The notes below the pieces were generated by a model, which saw nothing but the letters and a program-made list of their open reading frames with translations, did not search any database and was not told the origin of the DNA. A DNA stretch of 64,000 nucleotides from Macrostomum lignano (taxonomy: Eukaryota), in the NCBI GenBank assembly GCA_002269645.1, contig NIVC01000839.1, positions 62,001-126,000 of the forward strand. The letters run 5' to 3'. How positions within the stretch are numbered: the stretch's first letter is position 1; the number at the start of each line of letters is the position of its first letter. This document shows, piece by piece, positions 21,168 to 32,479 of this stretch. The position numbers were made by a program, and so were the translations under genes.

Positions 21168-24100
21168 ATGAGAGCAGCTTCGGTTCTGATAGTTGTCAGT
21201 CTGATTGGCTTTGCTGATCATTGTGTAGGTAAAGCTGTGCTTTTCTGCTTGAGTTCTCACTACTTACATGTAGTATAGTATAGTACTTTTATGTATCAGA
21301 ACTCACATGTGGATAAAGTAGCGTGGCCGATTGCGATGAAAATTTAATTCATGTAGAAAAATTATTGCAGGGTCACATAGTCAAACATTTGTCTGTTTCT
21401 TATAAATAAATTATGTTTAAAGCAGCCCTCTGAAAGTATCTCATTTAGTCATGGCATTTCAGCAACTCCCCCCTGAGCCATGACATCTCATCAATGATCC
21501 CCACTGAGACATGACATCTCAGCAACTCCCCCCTGAGCCATGACATCTCAGCAACTCCCCACTGAGCCATGGTTTGACTTAACTGACTTAGCTGCAGGGC
21601 AGTCAGCAGACACAGCGGAGAGGCGAGGGTCGCCCATCCCGCTAGCCCCTGAAGCCCCGCAGCCAGGCAGAGGCGGCGTGGGACGGTCAGGGTGGTCCCC
21701 CGGTCCGTCCTGCAGCGTGATCTTCCGTGGGGAAGAAACTGGCTCGTCTTGTCGCCCGAAGGAACTGGATGAACCGTGAGATGTTGTCGGGCTGGCAGAC
21801 CTCGTCAATAGACGGATTTGGCCCGAGGTTGCGTAGCGGGTCTCTGGTAAAGAAAGTCGCTGGCTGTTCGCTCAGAGGGCACTCCGAGGGGGACCGTCAG
21901 AGCACCAACTGGAACAGGTATAGGCCTGCCTTCCTATACAGCTACCGATCCACTATTACCCTCCAACCCAGCCTACTAACTCATGACAAGCTGTCGGCCA
22001 GGCAGAGACAAGTTTCACAGGGGTACTGCGGTTAGGCGTCTCTATGCGAGACAAAACCAACGGATGCTTTTCCCAGCAGCCTTTTACTAATGGAGGAACC
22101 CGCTAAGACTCGAATTCCCAGCACTCCAGTTATTTCCCCGAGGCTGAACTACTAATAGTAGCGTAAAAGCAAAACTGCTTATTCTAGATTTCGGGCTACT
22201 AAAATAATTCATCTCGACGAATGGGAACTAATTGGCAAACGCCTTAGCAAAACTGCTTTGAAATAAACCCCCTACTACAGCAGTGACAAATAAAGTGCTG
22301 AGCATCTTAATTGTTGTACTCGCAAAAAGGGGCAAAGTTCACTCTCGAGGTCGCCTCGGAGGAAGGAGTGCCTTGGCGAGGTCCAACACTAAAAATCACG
22401 TGATTTTACCATCGCCCGCACGGGTATCAGGAACCATGACATAAGATAAGGTTAGAGATCGCCGCCGTGGTAGACTCTCCGGAGTATTCTTATCTTAGAA
22501 AATAAGAGCTATATTAAATTTCTTTGATTTGAGAAGGCCCAGCTCGTGAGCACCCTAGCTTGCGAAACATTTTTTTCGATAAGTTCATCTATCCAGTACA
22601 CTCCAGGTTTCGTCGCATCTGGGATGCTCAAAATTCCGGGATCTTTAGCATTTATTTTGCTAAATTTCTGCTTTTATAAAAAGCATTATAAAAAACTAAT
22701 TAATAATAATTATTGATTCCTATTAGATTTGAATTAATTGTGGTACTGCCTAACTGTAATAAATTATACATTGAATATTTATAAATGCGAGTATTAAAAT
22801 TAGTTACTGTAAGAGACCTTTCTAGATTTTATTTTGTACTCTAGGGGGAAAATTTCTAGAAATAAATATAATTCATAATGCATCGAACTTTCGCGAAGTT
22901 TCAATTTCACTTCTCATATGACACAATCAAAGAGACGAAAAATGATGCACAAGTCTGACCAACCCTAAATTTAGCCCTCACAGAGCATGTGGGATGTACG
23001 TGGAGTAAGCAGGTCTACATATCGTGACCAGGTGCCTCGGTCGTAACGTATACCGATTAGAGGGACTCACTGGACGTGTCAGCGGCAAACATCTCAAAAA
23101 AGTGTGCAGAATCTTTGAGGGGACAACAGAACCTGGTTTAGGATCTCCGGAATGGAGACCTGACCATGCCTCAGAGATCCCACAACTGTTTCGAATCTCC
23201 TATCGCGGAGACCAATAACCGTTTATATTCTCCGAAGGAGATCTTAAACCATTTAAGGTCTCCGGTCGGAGATCCCAGCCCGTTTGCAGTCTCCGGATCG
23301 GCGACCCAAAACTGACCGGAGCCTCGGAGATTCTAAACCGTAACACCTGTAAGGACATGACAAAGGCTCGAATATCCTTCCGATTTTGGTTCAAAAGGAC
23401 GTGTCTGAGCTTGCGAGAGAGGCACGGAACCGCGGCACGAGATTTCCGGCAGTTCCGGCAGCCCGCCCATCTGTCCCTGTGGAGGGAATCAGCCCAGTCA
23501 TCGATCTGACGATTGATGACCGTCGAAGGGATAGGGACCAGGAGAACAGTGCCAGAGAAAGAGCCAGAGCCGCATCTCTTGGCGAGGGTGTCTGCCAGCT
23601 CGTTTCTCGAAAACCCTGCGTGCCCTGGGCCGGATCCACTTCAGTCTGACAGTATAGCTACTAGCCAGGAGGTTGAGCTGCCGGACGCAGTCGGCGGCTG
23701 TCCGGGAGTTCGTGGTGGTGTGGCAAAGGGCCTGTAAGGCCGGTTGGCTATTAGAGTGGATGACGATAGTCTCTCCTCTTGTACCCTTGGCATTCAGCTC
23801 TGCAGCGCAGGAGCTGATAGCAAAGAATTCGTTCTGGAAGACCGTGAGAGTCTGCCAGTGGTAATGACGCGACAGTTGATGATGCAGACCGTGGCCGTCT
23901 TTGTTGGATTTATCGGTGTAGCAGTGGACCTCCTTTGCCTCAGTCCATGCCTGTGGGACGTGCACCAAGCGTGATGCACTCCCGAAAAAGGCTGCAAATT
24001 TTACGCAGGAAGCCTGGGCATTTGACCGCCTCTCTTAGGAGCGCAGGTAAAATTCCGTCGGGTCCAGGGGCTTTTAACGGTTTGAAGGAGATAGCCGCTC

Positions 24101-25824
24101 TCACGTTGCGGTCCTCCGTGATGATAGAGGCAGCCAACGCGTGGCCTCCCTCCGAGTGATCCGGAGTGGTCGGGTTAGCTGGCTCGTTGGGGAAAAACAC
24201 AGTGAGCATTAATATCAACGTTTCCCTGGGTTGTCCGTGGACGTACCGTCGGTGCGTTTGATGGAGGAAAGCTTGGATATTTTGTCCAGCGTAAGCGCTT
24301 TCACAATTCTGGCGGTGGGGCGTGAGCCCTCTAGCTCCTCACAGTATTGACGCCATTTCTGAGCTTTTGCATTCCCAACCTGCCTTTTAAACTCGTGGAT
24401 TGCTTCATGATGGGCAGTTTGGTTTGCTCTTAGTTTAGTTGCTCTGCGGTGGAGTCTCTTAGCCCTGCGACGGAGGTTGCCGAGTTCGGGATTCCACCAC
24501 GGCGCGGATTTTTTCCCTTTATAGACTTTTATAGGGTAGGATAGCGTTTCTGAGCCATGACATCTCAAAAATTCCCTAGTGAGACATGGCATCTCAGCAA
24601 CTCCCCATTGAGCCAATTGACATCTCAGAAACCCCCTTGAGCTTTGTCAACGCAACGATACCCCACCCCAGTGAGCCATTACATGCACTGTGCAGTGCTC
24701 TGCGCAATCGTCACTGCACAACGTCACCATCTCGATAATGCATTACATTGCAGCTTTAAAGCGACTCGGCTGCTTCATGGACCAGTCAAGTCTGCGGGAC
24801 CTACCGTATGCGCGCTACTTTGGCAACGACAACACGCCAGGCTCCTGTGTGGCCCGTTGCAAGTCTAAAGGCTACCCGTTTGCAGCTGTTGTCAATGGCA
24901 ATGATTGCAGTTGTGGCCATTCGTTTGGGCGCTACGGCAGGGCACAGGATGTTGAGTGCGAGGCATACCGGTGTACCGGTGATTCCAAACAGTTTTGCGG
25001 TGGATATTGGAGGAACGACGTGTATTTGACGGGATTAAGTGGTAAAGTCGCATATAACTCTGCCTATAGGCTTGAAGCACAAGTGTGAATGCATAGTGTG
25101 CTATTGCTAATGAATACATTTCACTTAATAATTTTCCAATACTTGCAGTGCTTCGACGGATGGGATGCTACAAAGACACCGGAGACAATCGGGATCTGCC
25201 AGTTTTAGGAGAGCGAAAGAACAACTCGCCAGAAAATTGTGTAAAAGAGTGCTAAGACAGAGGATACCTGTATGCTGGTGTGCAAGCAAAGTACTGGTGT
25301 CTTTGTGGCAATAGATATGGAACTCACGGCAAAGTGGATAGCTCCGAGTGTAATCAAAAGTGCCCTGGAGACGGCAGGAAGACCTGCGGCTCTAATTGGC
25401 GAAACGAGATATTCGCCACGGGACTGGACAGTAAGGCTTTTATATTTTTGTAGACAGCATTCAGTAAACGAATATGACTTTGTGTGTAATGAGGGCAAAA
25501 ACCTGACATTTTACAGCCCCGGGATACGTGGGCTGTTTCATGGACAGGGGCAGCCCTCACCGGGATCTTCCGCATTTAAAAATAATGAATGGCATCACGC
25601 CAAGAAAATGTGCTTTGTACTGCAAATCCAAGAAGTATCTATATGCCGGTGTGCAAAATAGTAATGAGTGCTTCTGCGGCAAGTCATTTGGTCAACACGG
25701 CAAAGTGCCTGACAATGAATGCGATAAACGTTGCAGCGGGGACAAGCAGCAGAATTGCGGGTCCGGCTGGAGAAACCAAATTTACTCAACTGATGAGTAC
25801 TGTGAGTATAGCTCAGCTAGCTGA
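21168..25824 (+). CDS. Secreted protein with three WSC domains; exon 3 has an in-frame TAA
   Basis: Exon 1 21168-21228 (signal peptide MRAASVLIVVSLIGFADHCV), exon 2 24754-25041, exon 3 25149-25430, exon 4 from 25517; all junctions phase 1 and GT-AG. Each WSC exon shows GC(F/Y)xD...RDLP...C...C...YxYAGVQ...CxCG...C...CxG...CG..WRN. TAA at 25253-25255. Confidence 0.85.
21450..21570. repeat. ~30-bp tandem repeat (CTGAGCCATGACATCTCAGCAACTCCCC), resuming at ~24550-24640
   Basis: The same unit occurs on both sides of a ~3-kb insertion in WSC intron 1. Confidence 0.8.
21571..24548 (-). mobile_element. Degenerate RNase H-bearing LINE lacking its RT core, with an internal insertion
   Basis: SAPWWNPEL, WRQYCEELEG, FKPLKAPGPDGI, HVPQAWTEAK joined to VHCYTD, TVFQNEFFAI, NELADTLAK, LLNQNRKDIRAFVMSL; 3' remnant DNISRFIQFLRATRR near 21.75 kb; frameshifts. 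Confidence 0.75.
21929..23345 (+). mobile_element. Insertion ending in an LTR-retrotransposon remnant (integrase C-terminus plus short LTR-like end)
   Basis: CCTG on both flanks; TRCLGRNVYRLEGLTGRVSGKHLKKV at ~23024-23105 resembles an integrase tail; ends in GTAACA. The left end lacks TG. Confidence 0.4.
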
Positions 25825-25859
25825 TAATATCGTTATTTCCTGCCTGTGCATCTAAGCTG

Positions 25860-26040
25860 CGAACTCATGAGCTTTCGCACCCTGCCGCAACTTCTTCCGC
25901 GACATTCCGCTGACTCCCGAGCACACACCAGCGCGCCAACACTGTAGGCAGGCACAGCACTCATGCACACGCTCACACAGGGTGTACAGTCGTGCTGACC
26001 TTCTAATCGTCAGTCATGTACACTCTCTGTATCCTGGATT
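25860..26040 (-). mobile_element. SINE-family body fragment
   Basis: GCACTCATGCACACGCTCACACAGGGTGTACAG...CATGTACAC shared with other copies in the window. Confidence 0.65.
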
Positions 26041-26059
26041 AACACTCATTTTTATCAAG

Positions 26060-29000
26060 TGTTCTAACTGCCCTGTGGTGTCACTGGCTGACAAATAATT
26101 GCAAGTCTCAGACTTATAGAGTTATGGCACACTTGGCACTCTTATCTGCTTAGCCCCTCATCTGAGCGGGCCTGTGTTTAACCAAACAGTTTCTCATACC
26201 ACCTCAACACGGGGCCTTAGATTGGCTCACCGGAGAGACCGGGTAAGACCGGCACATAGACATTAATCACACACACTGGGGTGGGGAGGTCGGGGATGAG
26301 ACAGCTTACTCATGCTGTCTGTGCTTGGGAAAGGGAGCATGGGTGCACTGGGTACGCAGCAGACAGGGTATCAAGCCTAGACAGGCTCTAACGTGTTACC
26401 CCTCGCTCACAGTCACAACAACCACCTTCCCCTCCCAAAAGTCAATGTCAATGTCAATGTCACCCCAGCACCCTTCAATAGGTGATCATGCCTCCGTAGC
26501 GGTCCGGCGGACCCGTGACCCGGCCGCTCCTCCGCACCTCGGGAGGCGCAGCGGCGTCGTCGGGCGCGGCGGCATCCAGGCCGCCACCGGGCTGCGGAGC
26601 GTCCGCCAGCTGGCCGCCATCACCGCCGGTGTCAGGAGGGGCTCGCATCAGCGCCGTGACGTGCCACCGAGAGCCGTCGTCGAGCTTGACGATAGTGGGG
26701 CTGCACATGCCGGCGACAGTTCTCGGCGTTGACATCCGGCTGGCCAGCTTGCCGCGTGCCTGCGGCCGCCGAACGCGGACTTTCTCGCCCGGAGCGAATT
26801 GCGTCGGCTGGCCGCGGCCCCGGTTTCGTGCTGCCAGGCGCTGTCGCTGTCGCTCCTTGATGGTGTCTGCTGCTGGATTCGACTGTGGTGGTTGGGTGGG
26901 CCTCAGCGACGAGAGCGGCGTCGACATTTTTCTCCCCAGCATCAGCTCGGCCGGGGAGACGCCGGTGAGCGCGTGACTTGTCGATCTGTAGGCCCACAGC
27001 AGCATCCAGATGGCGTCCTTGAACTCGTAGCCATCAGCTAGGTGGCTCTTAAGCCCCTCCTTCAGGAAGCGATTGAGCCGCTCCACACCGGAGTTGCCTT
27101 GCGGGTAGTAGGCTGGTGAGCGGCGGTGCTTGATGCCGTTGCCGCTGAGGAACTGCTCGAACTCGTCAGAGATGAACTGCGGCCCACCATCCGTGTTGAT
27201 GACCTTTGGCAGTCCCCACCTGGCGAACAAAGACTTCAGCACGCTGATCACTTGCGATGACGTGATCGACGAGAGGCAGGAGAACTCTGGCCACTTTGAG
27301 TGCAGGTCGTGTACCACCAGGATGTAGCGGCACGTCTGGGGCGCCGGTGCCGTGAGTTCGCCGAAGATGTCGATCTGTATCTCGCTCCACGGCTGGGATG
27401 GCCACCTTGTCGGGGTCAGCAGCACCTTTGGCGGCTTGAAAGATTTCTCGCTCACTGCGCAGGGCTCGCAATTGTTGACGAAGGATTCGACGTCGCGGTC
27501 GAAGTTTGGCCACCAGACAGCTTCTCGGCAGTGCTGTTTCATCCGGCTGATGCCCATGTGTCCGAAGTGAGCCAGGTTGAGCACAGTCTCCTGCAGCGCC
27601 TGAGGAATGACCGCGCGCGTGCCCTTGGCCAGGCAGCTGCCGCTGTTCCATGTTGACAGCTCGTCGCGTACTCTCCAGTATGGCACCAGTGAGTCCGCCA
27701 GCTTCTTTGACGACTCAGGCCAGCCTTCTTGGACTTTCTGGAGCACCTGCTGAAGCAGTTCGTCGGCCTGGGTTGCGGCTGCCAACTGCTCCACGGACAC
27801 CATACTAAGGGCTCCTGACAGCAGCACTGCATTGATGCCTATATCGTCATCGTTCTTCACCGTCCCCTCCGCTGAGTGGCATCTGGACAGGAAGTCGGGC
27901 ACGATGTTGCTCTTGCCTGCGATGTACTTGACGTCGAAGTCGTACGCCATCAGTCTGTCGGCCCAACGATGGAGTCGCAGCGGCCTGTGCCCGATGCCTG
28001 ATCCGCTGAGCAGGGTAGTCAGAGCTCGATGGTCCGTCTGGAGCTCAAACTTTCGGCCGAACAGGAAGTAGTTCCACCGTTCACACGCGAAGATGCAGGC
28101 CAGAGCTTCTCGCTCTGACGCGGAGTACTTCCGTTCAGCGGGATTCAGGGTCCTGGAGGCGAAGGCGACAGGTCGACACTGGCCTTGATCATCCTCTTGG
28201 GCGAGCACTGCGCCTACCGCAATAGCCGAGCTGTCACAAGCGACAACCGTCCGGTGCTTGGTGTCGAAGAACCTCAGGCATGGCGGCGACACGACCATCG
28301 ACTTCAGGGTGTCGAAGGCCTGCTGTTGACCTGCCGTCCACTGCCACGGAACGTCATTGCGCAGCAGCTGCATCAGCGGCTCCGTCACGGTTGACAGGTT
28401 GTCCAGAAAATTGCCGTAGAACTTGACCATTCCCAGGAACGACGCCACTTCCTTCTGGCTGGTCGGGCACGGGATGCTGGTGATGGCCTCCACATTGGAC
28501 GCCATTGGGCGAAGTCCGTCACCGCTGACTACGTAGCCGAGGAACTCGACGCTGTCCCTTGCCCACTGACACTTCTCCAGGTTCAGTGTGATGTTGTGCT
28601 TCTTGAGCCGGTCAAGGACCGCAGTCACCGCTTTGTCGTGCTCGGCCCGTGTCACCGCATGCACGACGATGTCGTCGATGTAGTGCACTACTCCCTTGAC
28701 CTTCTCGAGCACCTTCGACAGCACCTTCTGGAAGGCCGCCGGCGCGCTGTTCATCCCGAAGCAAACGCGGGTGTACCTATAGAGCCCTTCGTCCGTGATG
28801 AAGGTCGTCAGGTTGCGAGACTCTTCTGCGAGTTCCAGCTGCAGGTATGACGAGTTGAGGTCCAGCTTCGTGAAGATCTTGGAGCCGGCGAACTCCGCAG
28901 ACAGCTGCTCGAATGTCGGAAGGGGGTGTTTATCCGGCACGATTGCCTTGTTATGGTTCCTGAGGTCGTTGCAAATCCTCAGCGATCCGTTCGGCTTTGG

Positions 29001-30843
29001 TACGACCACCAGGTTCGACACCCACTCCGACGCGTGCACCTCCTCGATGACGCCTTCGGCCAGCAGCTTGTGGATCTCCTTCTTGACTGGCTCCTTGAGA
29101 CTCAGCGGCACCTTCCTTAGAGGCTGTGCCACAGGTGTCACGGCTGGGTTCACCTTGGGCTTGTGAACGAAGCCTTTGATTTTGCCGAGGCCTTCGCCCA
29201 CGTCGCAGAATCGGCCCGGCAGCCATGTCGGCAGGCTGCTGGCTTGGACCTTACGCACTGGCTCTCCCTCGCGGCTCACCAGTTGAAACTTCAGTTTGCT
29301 CATAAGATCCGTTCCCATAATGTTGGATCCTTGCTTGACCACTACGATGGGCGCATTAGGCACTCGCAGCTCCTTGTACTCGACGGGCAGAACCATTTCG
29401 CCCATCACGTGGATGCTGCCGCCGTTGAAGGCCTTCAGCTTCTTCGTCGATGTATGAAGCTTGACGTGGCTGAAGTGACGATTGTAGGAGGCCTGTGATA
29501 CGATGGTGACCCGTGATCCGGTGTCCACCAACAGCTTCAGCGGTGTGTCTCCAAGCTTCACTTCGCAGTGCGTCTCGAAGCCGTCTCCAGGTTGCACTGT
29601 CGACACAGTCACCTCCTCGTTGACGCCTCGGACTTTGCCTGCTGACCTGCAGACTCGCTGAAAGTGGTTGAGCTTGCCACAGGCTCGACACTTCTGCCCT
29701 TGGGCTGGGCACTTGGAGCCCACTTCATGGCTTGCTTGGCCGCATTTGCCACAGCCCGCTGATGCCATTGCCCGTGGTTTCGGCTTGTAGCTTGTCTTGA
29801 CTGGGGCATGGTGCTGCCGCTTGACTTGGCCCACTCCGATCGGGCTGTCGGACATTGGGTTGCTGCGCAGCGAGCTTGCCTCTCGCATGCCTGTCTCCAG
29901 CTGCTGAGCCAGCTCCACGGCTGTGCTCAGGGTGAGCTTCTCCTCGATGAGCAGCCTCTCGCGGATCTTGTCACTGTGAGTCTTTTCCACCAGCTGGTCT
30001 CGTAGCATCTCGTCTTTGAAGGCACCGAAGTCACACCTTGTCGACAGAGGTTGCAGAGCCGCCACGTAGTCAGCCACCGACTCTCCGGGTCGCTGTGCCC
30101 TCTGTCGGAAGCGGTACCTCTCTGCGACGACATTTATCCGGGTGGCGAAATGCTTCTCGAGTAGCTCTTCCGTTGCCTCCAGTGTATCCGGGAGCGGCTG
30201 CTGCAGGGCCAGGTATATACGCTGCCCTTCCGTGCCTAAGCAGTGCACAAGCAGAGCCTGCTTACGTTTATCAGACAACTTGTCCATGCCTGACGCAAGC
30301 ATGTAGTTGTCAAACATGGCTTTCCAGTTTTCCCAACGTAAGGGAGGCTGTCCCGGACTCGAAAGGAATGGAGATGGCAAAGCAATGCTGATTTTTGGCT
30401 CTCCGGACATTTCAGGGTCAGTTGATGCAGAATTCTTTGCTCCGTCAGGCATTTGTAGATCCTGCTCGCGACGCCAAGTTTGTTCTAACTGCCCTGTGGT
30501 GTCACTGGCTGACAAATAATTGCAAGTCTCAGACTTATAGAGTTATGGCACACTTGGCACTCTTATCTGCTTAGCCCCTCATCTGAGCGGGCCTGTGTAT
30601 TTAACCAAACAGTTTCTCATACCACCTCAACACGGGGCCTTAGATTGGCTCACCGGAGAGACCGGGTAAGACCGGCACATAGACATTAATCACACACACT
30701 GGGGTGGGGAGGTCGGGGATGAGACAGCTTACTCATGCTGTCTGTGCTTGGGAAAGGGAGCATGGGTGCACTGGGTACGCAGCAGACAGGGTATCAAGCC
30801 TAGACAGGCTCTAACGTGTTACCCCTCGCTCACAGTCACAACA
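26060..30843 (-). mobile_element. Full-length, apparently intact Gypsy LTR retrotransposon (Mag-like)
   Basis: LTRs 26060-26420 (361 bp) and 30481-30843 (363 bp), identical by eye except a 2-bp indel; TG...CA ends; 5-bp TSD TCAAG (26055-26059, 30844-30848); PBS-like TGGCGTCGCGAG next to the 5' LTR; PPT GGGAGGGGAAGGTGGT next to the 3' LTR. Confidence 0.97.
26475..30452 (-). CDS. Single Gag-Pol polyprotein (zinc knuckles, protease, RT, RNase H, integrase)
   Basis: Uninterrupted ORF (likely ATG at 30452 or 30410): CGKCGQASH...CPAQGQKCRACGKLNHFQRVC, LVDTGS, YIDDIVV, CDSSAIAVGAVL, AHFGH...CEPC, QIDIFG, TDGGPQF, NSGVERLNR. Confidence 0.95.
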   Translation of the reverse strand: MPDGAKNSASTDPEMSGEPKISIALPSPFLSSPGQPPLRWENWKAMFDNYMLASGMDKLSDKRKQALLVHCLGTEGQRIYLALQQPLPDTLEATEELLEKHFATRINVVAERYRFRQRAQRPGESVADYVAALQPLSTRCDFGAFKDEMLRDQLVEKTHSDKIRERLLIEEKLTLSTAVELAQQLETGMREASSLRSNPMSDSPIGVGQVKRQHHAPVKTSYKPKPRAMASAGCGKCGQASHEVGSKCPAQGQKCRACGKLNHFQRVCRSAGKVRGVNEEVTVSTVQPGDGFETHCEVKLGDTPLKLLVDTGSRVTIVSQASYNRHFSHVKLHTSTKKLKAFNGGSIHVMGEMVLPVEYKELRVPNAPIVVVKQGSNIMGTDLMSKLKFQLVSREGEPVRKVQASSLPTWLPGRFCDVGEGLGKIKGFVHKPKVNPAVTPVAQPLRKVPLSLKEPVKKEIHKLLAEGVIEEVHASEWVSNLVVVPKPNGSLRICNDLRNHNKAIVPDKHPLPTFEQLSAEFAGSKIFTKLDLNSSYLQLELAEESRNLTTFITDEGLYRYTRVCFGMNSAPAAFQKVLSKVLEKVKGVVHYIDDIVVHAVTRAEHDKAVTAVLDRLKKHNITLNLEKCQWARDSVEFLGYVVSGDGLRPMASNVEAITSIPCPTSQKEVASFLGMVKFYGNFLDNLSTVTEPLMQLLRNDVPWQWTAGQQQAFDTLKSMVVSPPCLRFFDTKHRTVVACDSSAIAVGAVLAQEDDQGQCRPVAFASRTLNPAERKYSASEREALACIFACERWNYFLFGRKFELQTDHRALTTLLSGSGIGHRPLRLHRWADRLMAYDFDVKYIAGKSNIVPDFLSRCHSAEGTVKNDDDIGINAVLLSGALSMVSVEQLAAATQADELLQQVLQKVQEGWPESSKKLADSLVPYWRVRDELSTWNSGSCLAKGTRAVIPQALQETVLNLAHFGHMGISRMKQHCREAVWWPNFDRDVESFVNNCEPCAVSEKSFKPPKVLLTPTRWPSQPWSEIQIDIFGELTAPAPQTCRYILVVHDLHSKWPEFSCLSSITSSQVISVLKSLFARWGLPKVINTDGGPQFISDEFEQFLSGNGIKHRRSPAYYPQGNSGVERLNRFLKEGLKSHLADGYEFKDAIWMLLWAYRSTSHALTGVSPAELMLGRKMSTPLSSLRPTQPPQSNPAADTIKERQRQRLAARNRGRGQPTQFAPGEKVRVRRPQARGKLASRMSTPRTVAGMCSPTIVKLDDGSRWHVTALMRAPPDTGGDGGQLADAPQPGGGLDAAAPDDAAAPPEVRRSGRVTGPPDRYGGMITY

Positions 30844-31159
30844 TCAAGTAATGATGCAGCGGAAAATAAAACTTTACAATTTCAGAAACCAGAAGAAAAC
30901 GGACTATACGCTCGTAGTGAGAGCTGCTAGTGATTTAACTGAAACCGTGATAAACTGATATATACGATGTTTTATGACGACATTTGAATCAGCCTGCTGG
31001 CCTAAATAGATCAATCAACATATCCGCATCAAAAAACGCATTGTTCGACTTCTTTTTTTGTTACCTTGGCAACTAACTGCTTGAGTTCAGTTTTGCGTTC
31101 AGTTTGCATTCAGGATGCATTCAGGATCCATTGTGTATGCAATGGATGTAGAGTTTCCT

Positions 31160-31410
31160 GCACAGACTGCTTCACTGCGCACAAACCCAGACCATAGACA
31201 AATCCAATGGTTATGTGCAGTCAGTGAATCATTGCACACAGATCCAGACCATAGACAAATCAGATGGTTATGTGAAGTCAGTGAATCATTGCGCACAGAT
31301 CCAGACCATAGACAAATCAGATGGTTATGTGAAGTCAGTGAATCATTGCGCACAGATCCAGACCATAGACAAATCAGATGGTTATGTGAAGTCAGTGAAT
31401 CGTTGCAGTG
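31160..31410. repeat. 63-bp tandem repeat (~3-4 copies)
   Basis: AGTCAGTGAATCATTGCGCACAGATCCAGACCATAGACAAATCAGATGGTTATGTGA repeated. Confidence 0.9.
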
Positions 31411-32479
31411 AAACGGTATCACGACCCATGCTATTGTCAACAGAGGAAAAGTAGACTTAAAGTACCAACAGATGATCAGAATTACACGAAGGCAGGCCAA
31501 GGGACGACTGAGTACATGGAGAATGCATCTTGTAAGACCTCTCTTTTGGTTTCCGGCTGAACTTCTCTTTCTGTTCTTCGTCTAGCGGACTTACTGGATT
31601 ACTTCTGCTCTGTTTGGAGCCTAAAAGAGCTTACAATAGAGATCGCTACTTGGCAGGCTACTTGGCAGGCAGGTTCGCACGTCAGGTGACCCGTGCGCTT
31701 TGGTTAGCCGGGCCTTTTCTCCAGGGGAAAGTTCCACGTCCGTCATCGCTGACCTTGCCTGCCGACCCTTGCTCTGTCTTGCCCGCCAATCGTGCTGACT
31801 CTCCTGGCACCGAGTTGACTGGCTCTGCCTGGTACTTCGGCTGACGTCAAAATCCTTTCGCTTAGTCTGGAATCTGCGTAGAAAGTGTCAGTTAGTTTCA
31901 TATCTATGATTAATTTCACTTTTATGCTGTCTTTTAATTTCTTCTTAGGTGCCTTATCTCTAAGTTATTTTTCCTGTCATTTAGCTTTCGCTTTACCTCT
32001 GACGACCTTTTCATGATGCTTATTATTTGCTAATTTCTAATCCCTATACATCTGACCCAAACCCCAGCGTAGCTCTCGTAGGATTAAATATTACCAGAAC
32101 CGCTGTTCTTAGCTTTGCTCTCTCAAATGAAACTTTTCAAACTTTTTCTGAACAAAATTGTGGGTTCAGCTCGGACAAGACATACCTTATTTCATTTGTA
32201 ATTTTGAACTAATTAGAAACTTAAAATTTAGCACCAATTTTGAAACAATCACTGCTAAGTTCTTCCAAATCACAAAATTATCGGCATATTTTTGTCCATG
32301 GTTGATTTATGCTTTATGACTTTTTCGCAATCGGTACAGCTGGTAACATGACTCATTTTTGTGATTTTAGGATTATACAGTTTTTACTTTCATGCTCTTA
32401 CTATACTGTTTACTTTGCAAAATGAGTAGAGTTTACCGTGTATGTGTGTCTCAAATTTGTATGTTCAAAGCAGCTACTA

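Noticed and set aside
26475-30515. Gag-Pol start at 30515
   Set aside because: That codon lies inside the 5' LTR, upstream of the PBS; ATG 30452 or 30410 is more plausible.
30860-30930. Extra WSC exon after the Gypsy insertion
   Set aside because: An acceptor-like TTTCAG exists, but splicing from the 25801 donor creates an immediate TAA, so it cannot be supported without RNA data.
31099-31500. ORFs over the 63-bp repeat
   Set aside because: Repeat-derived, with no domain signature or splice support.
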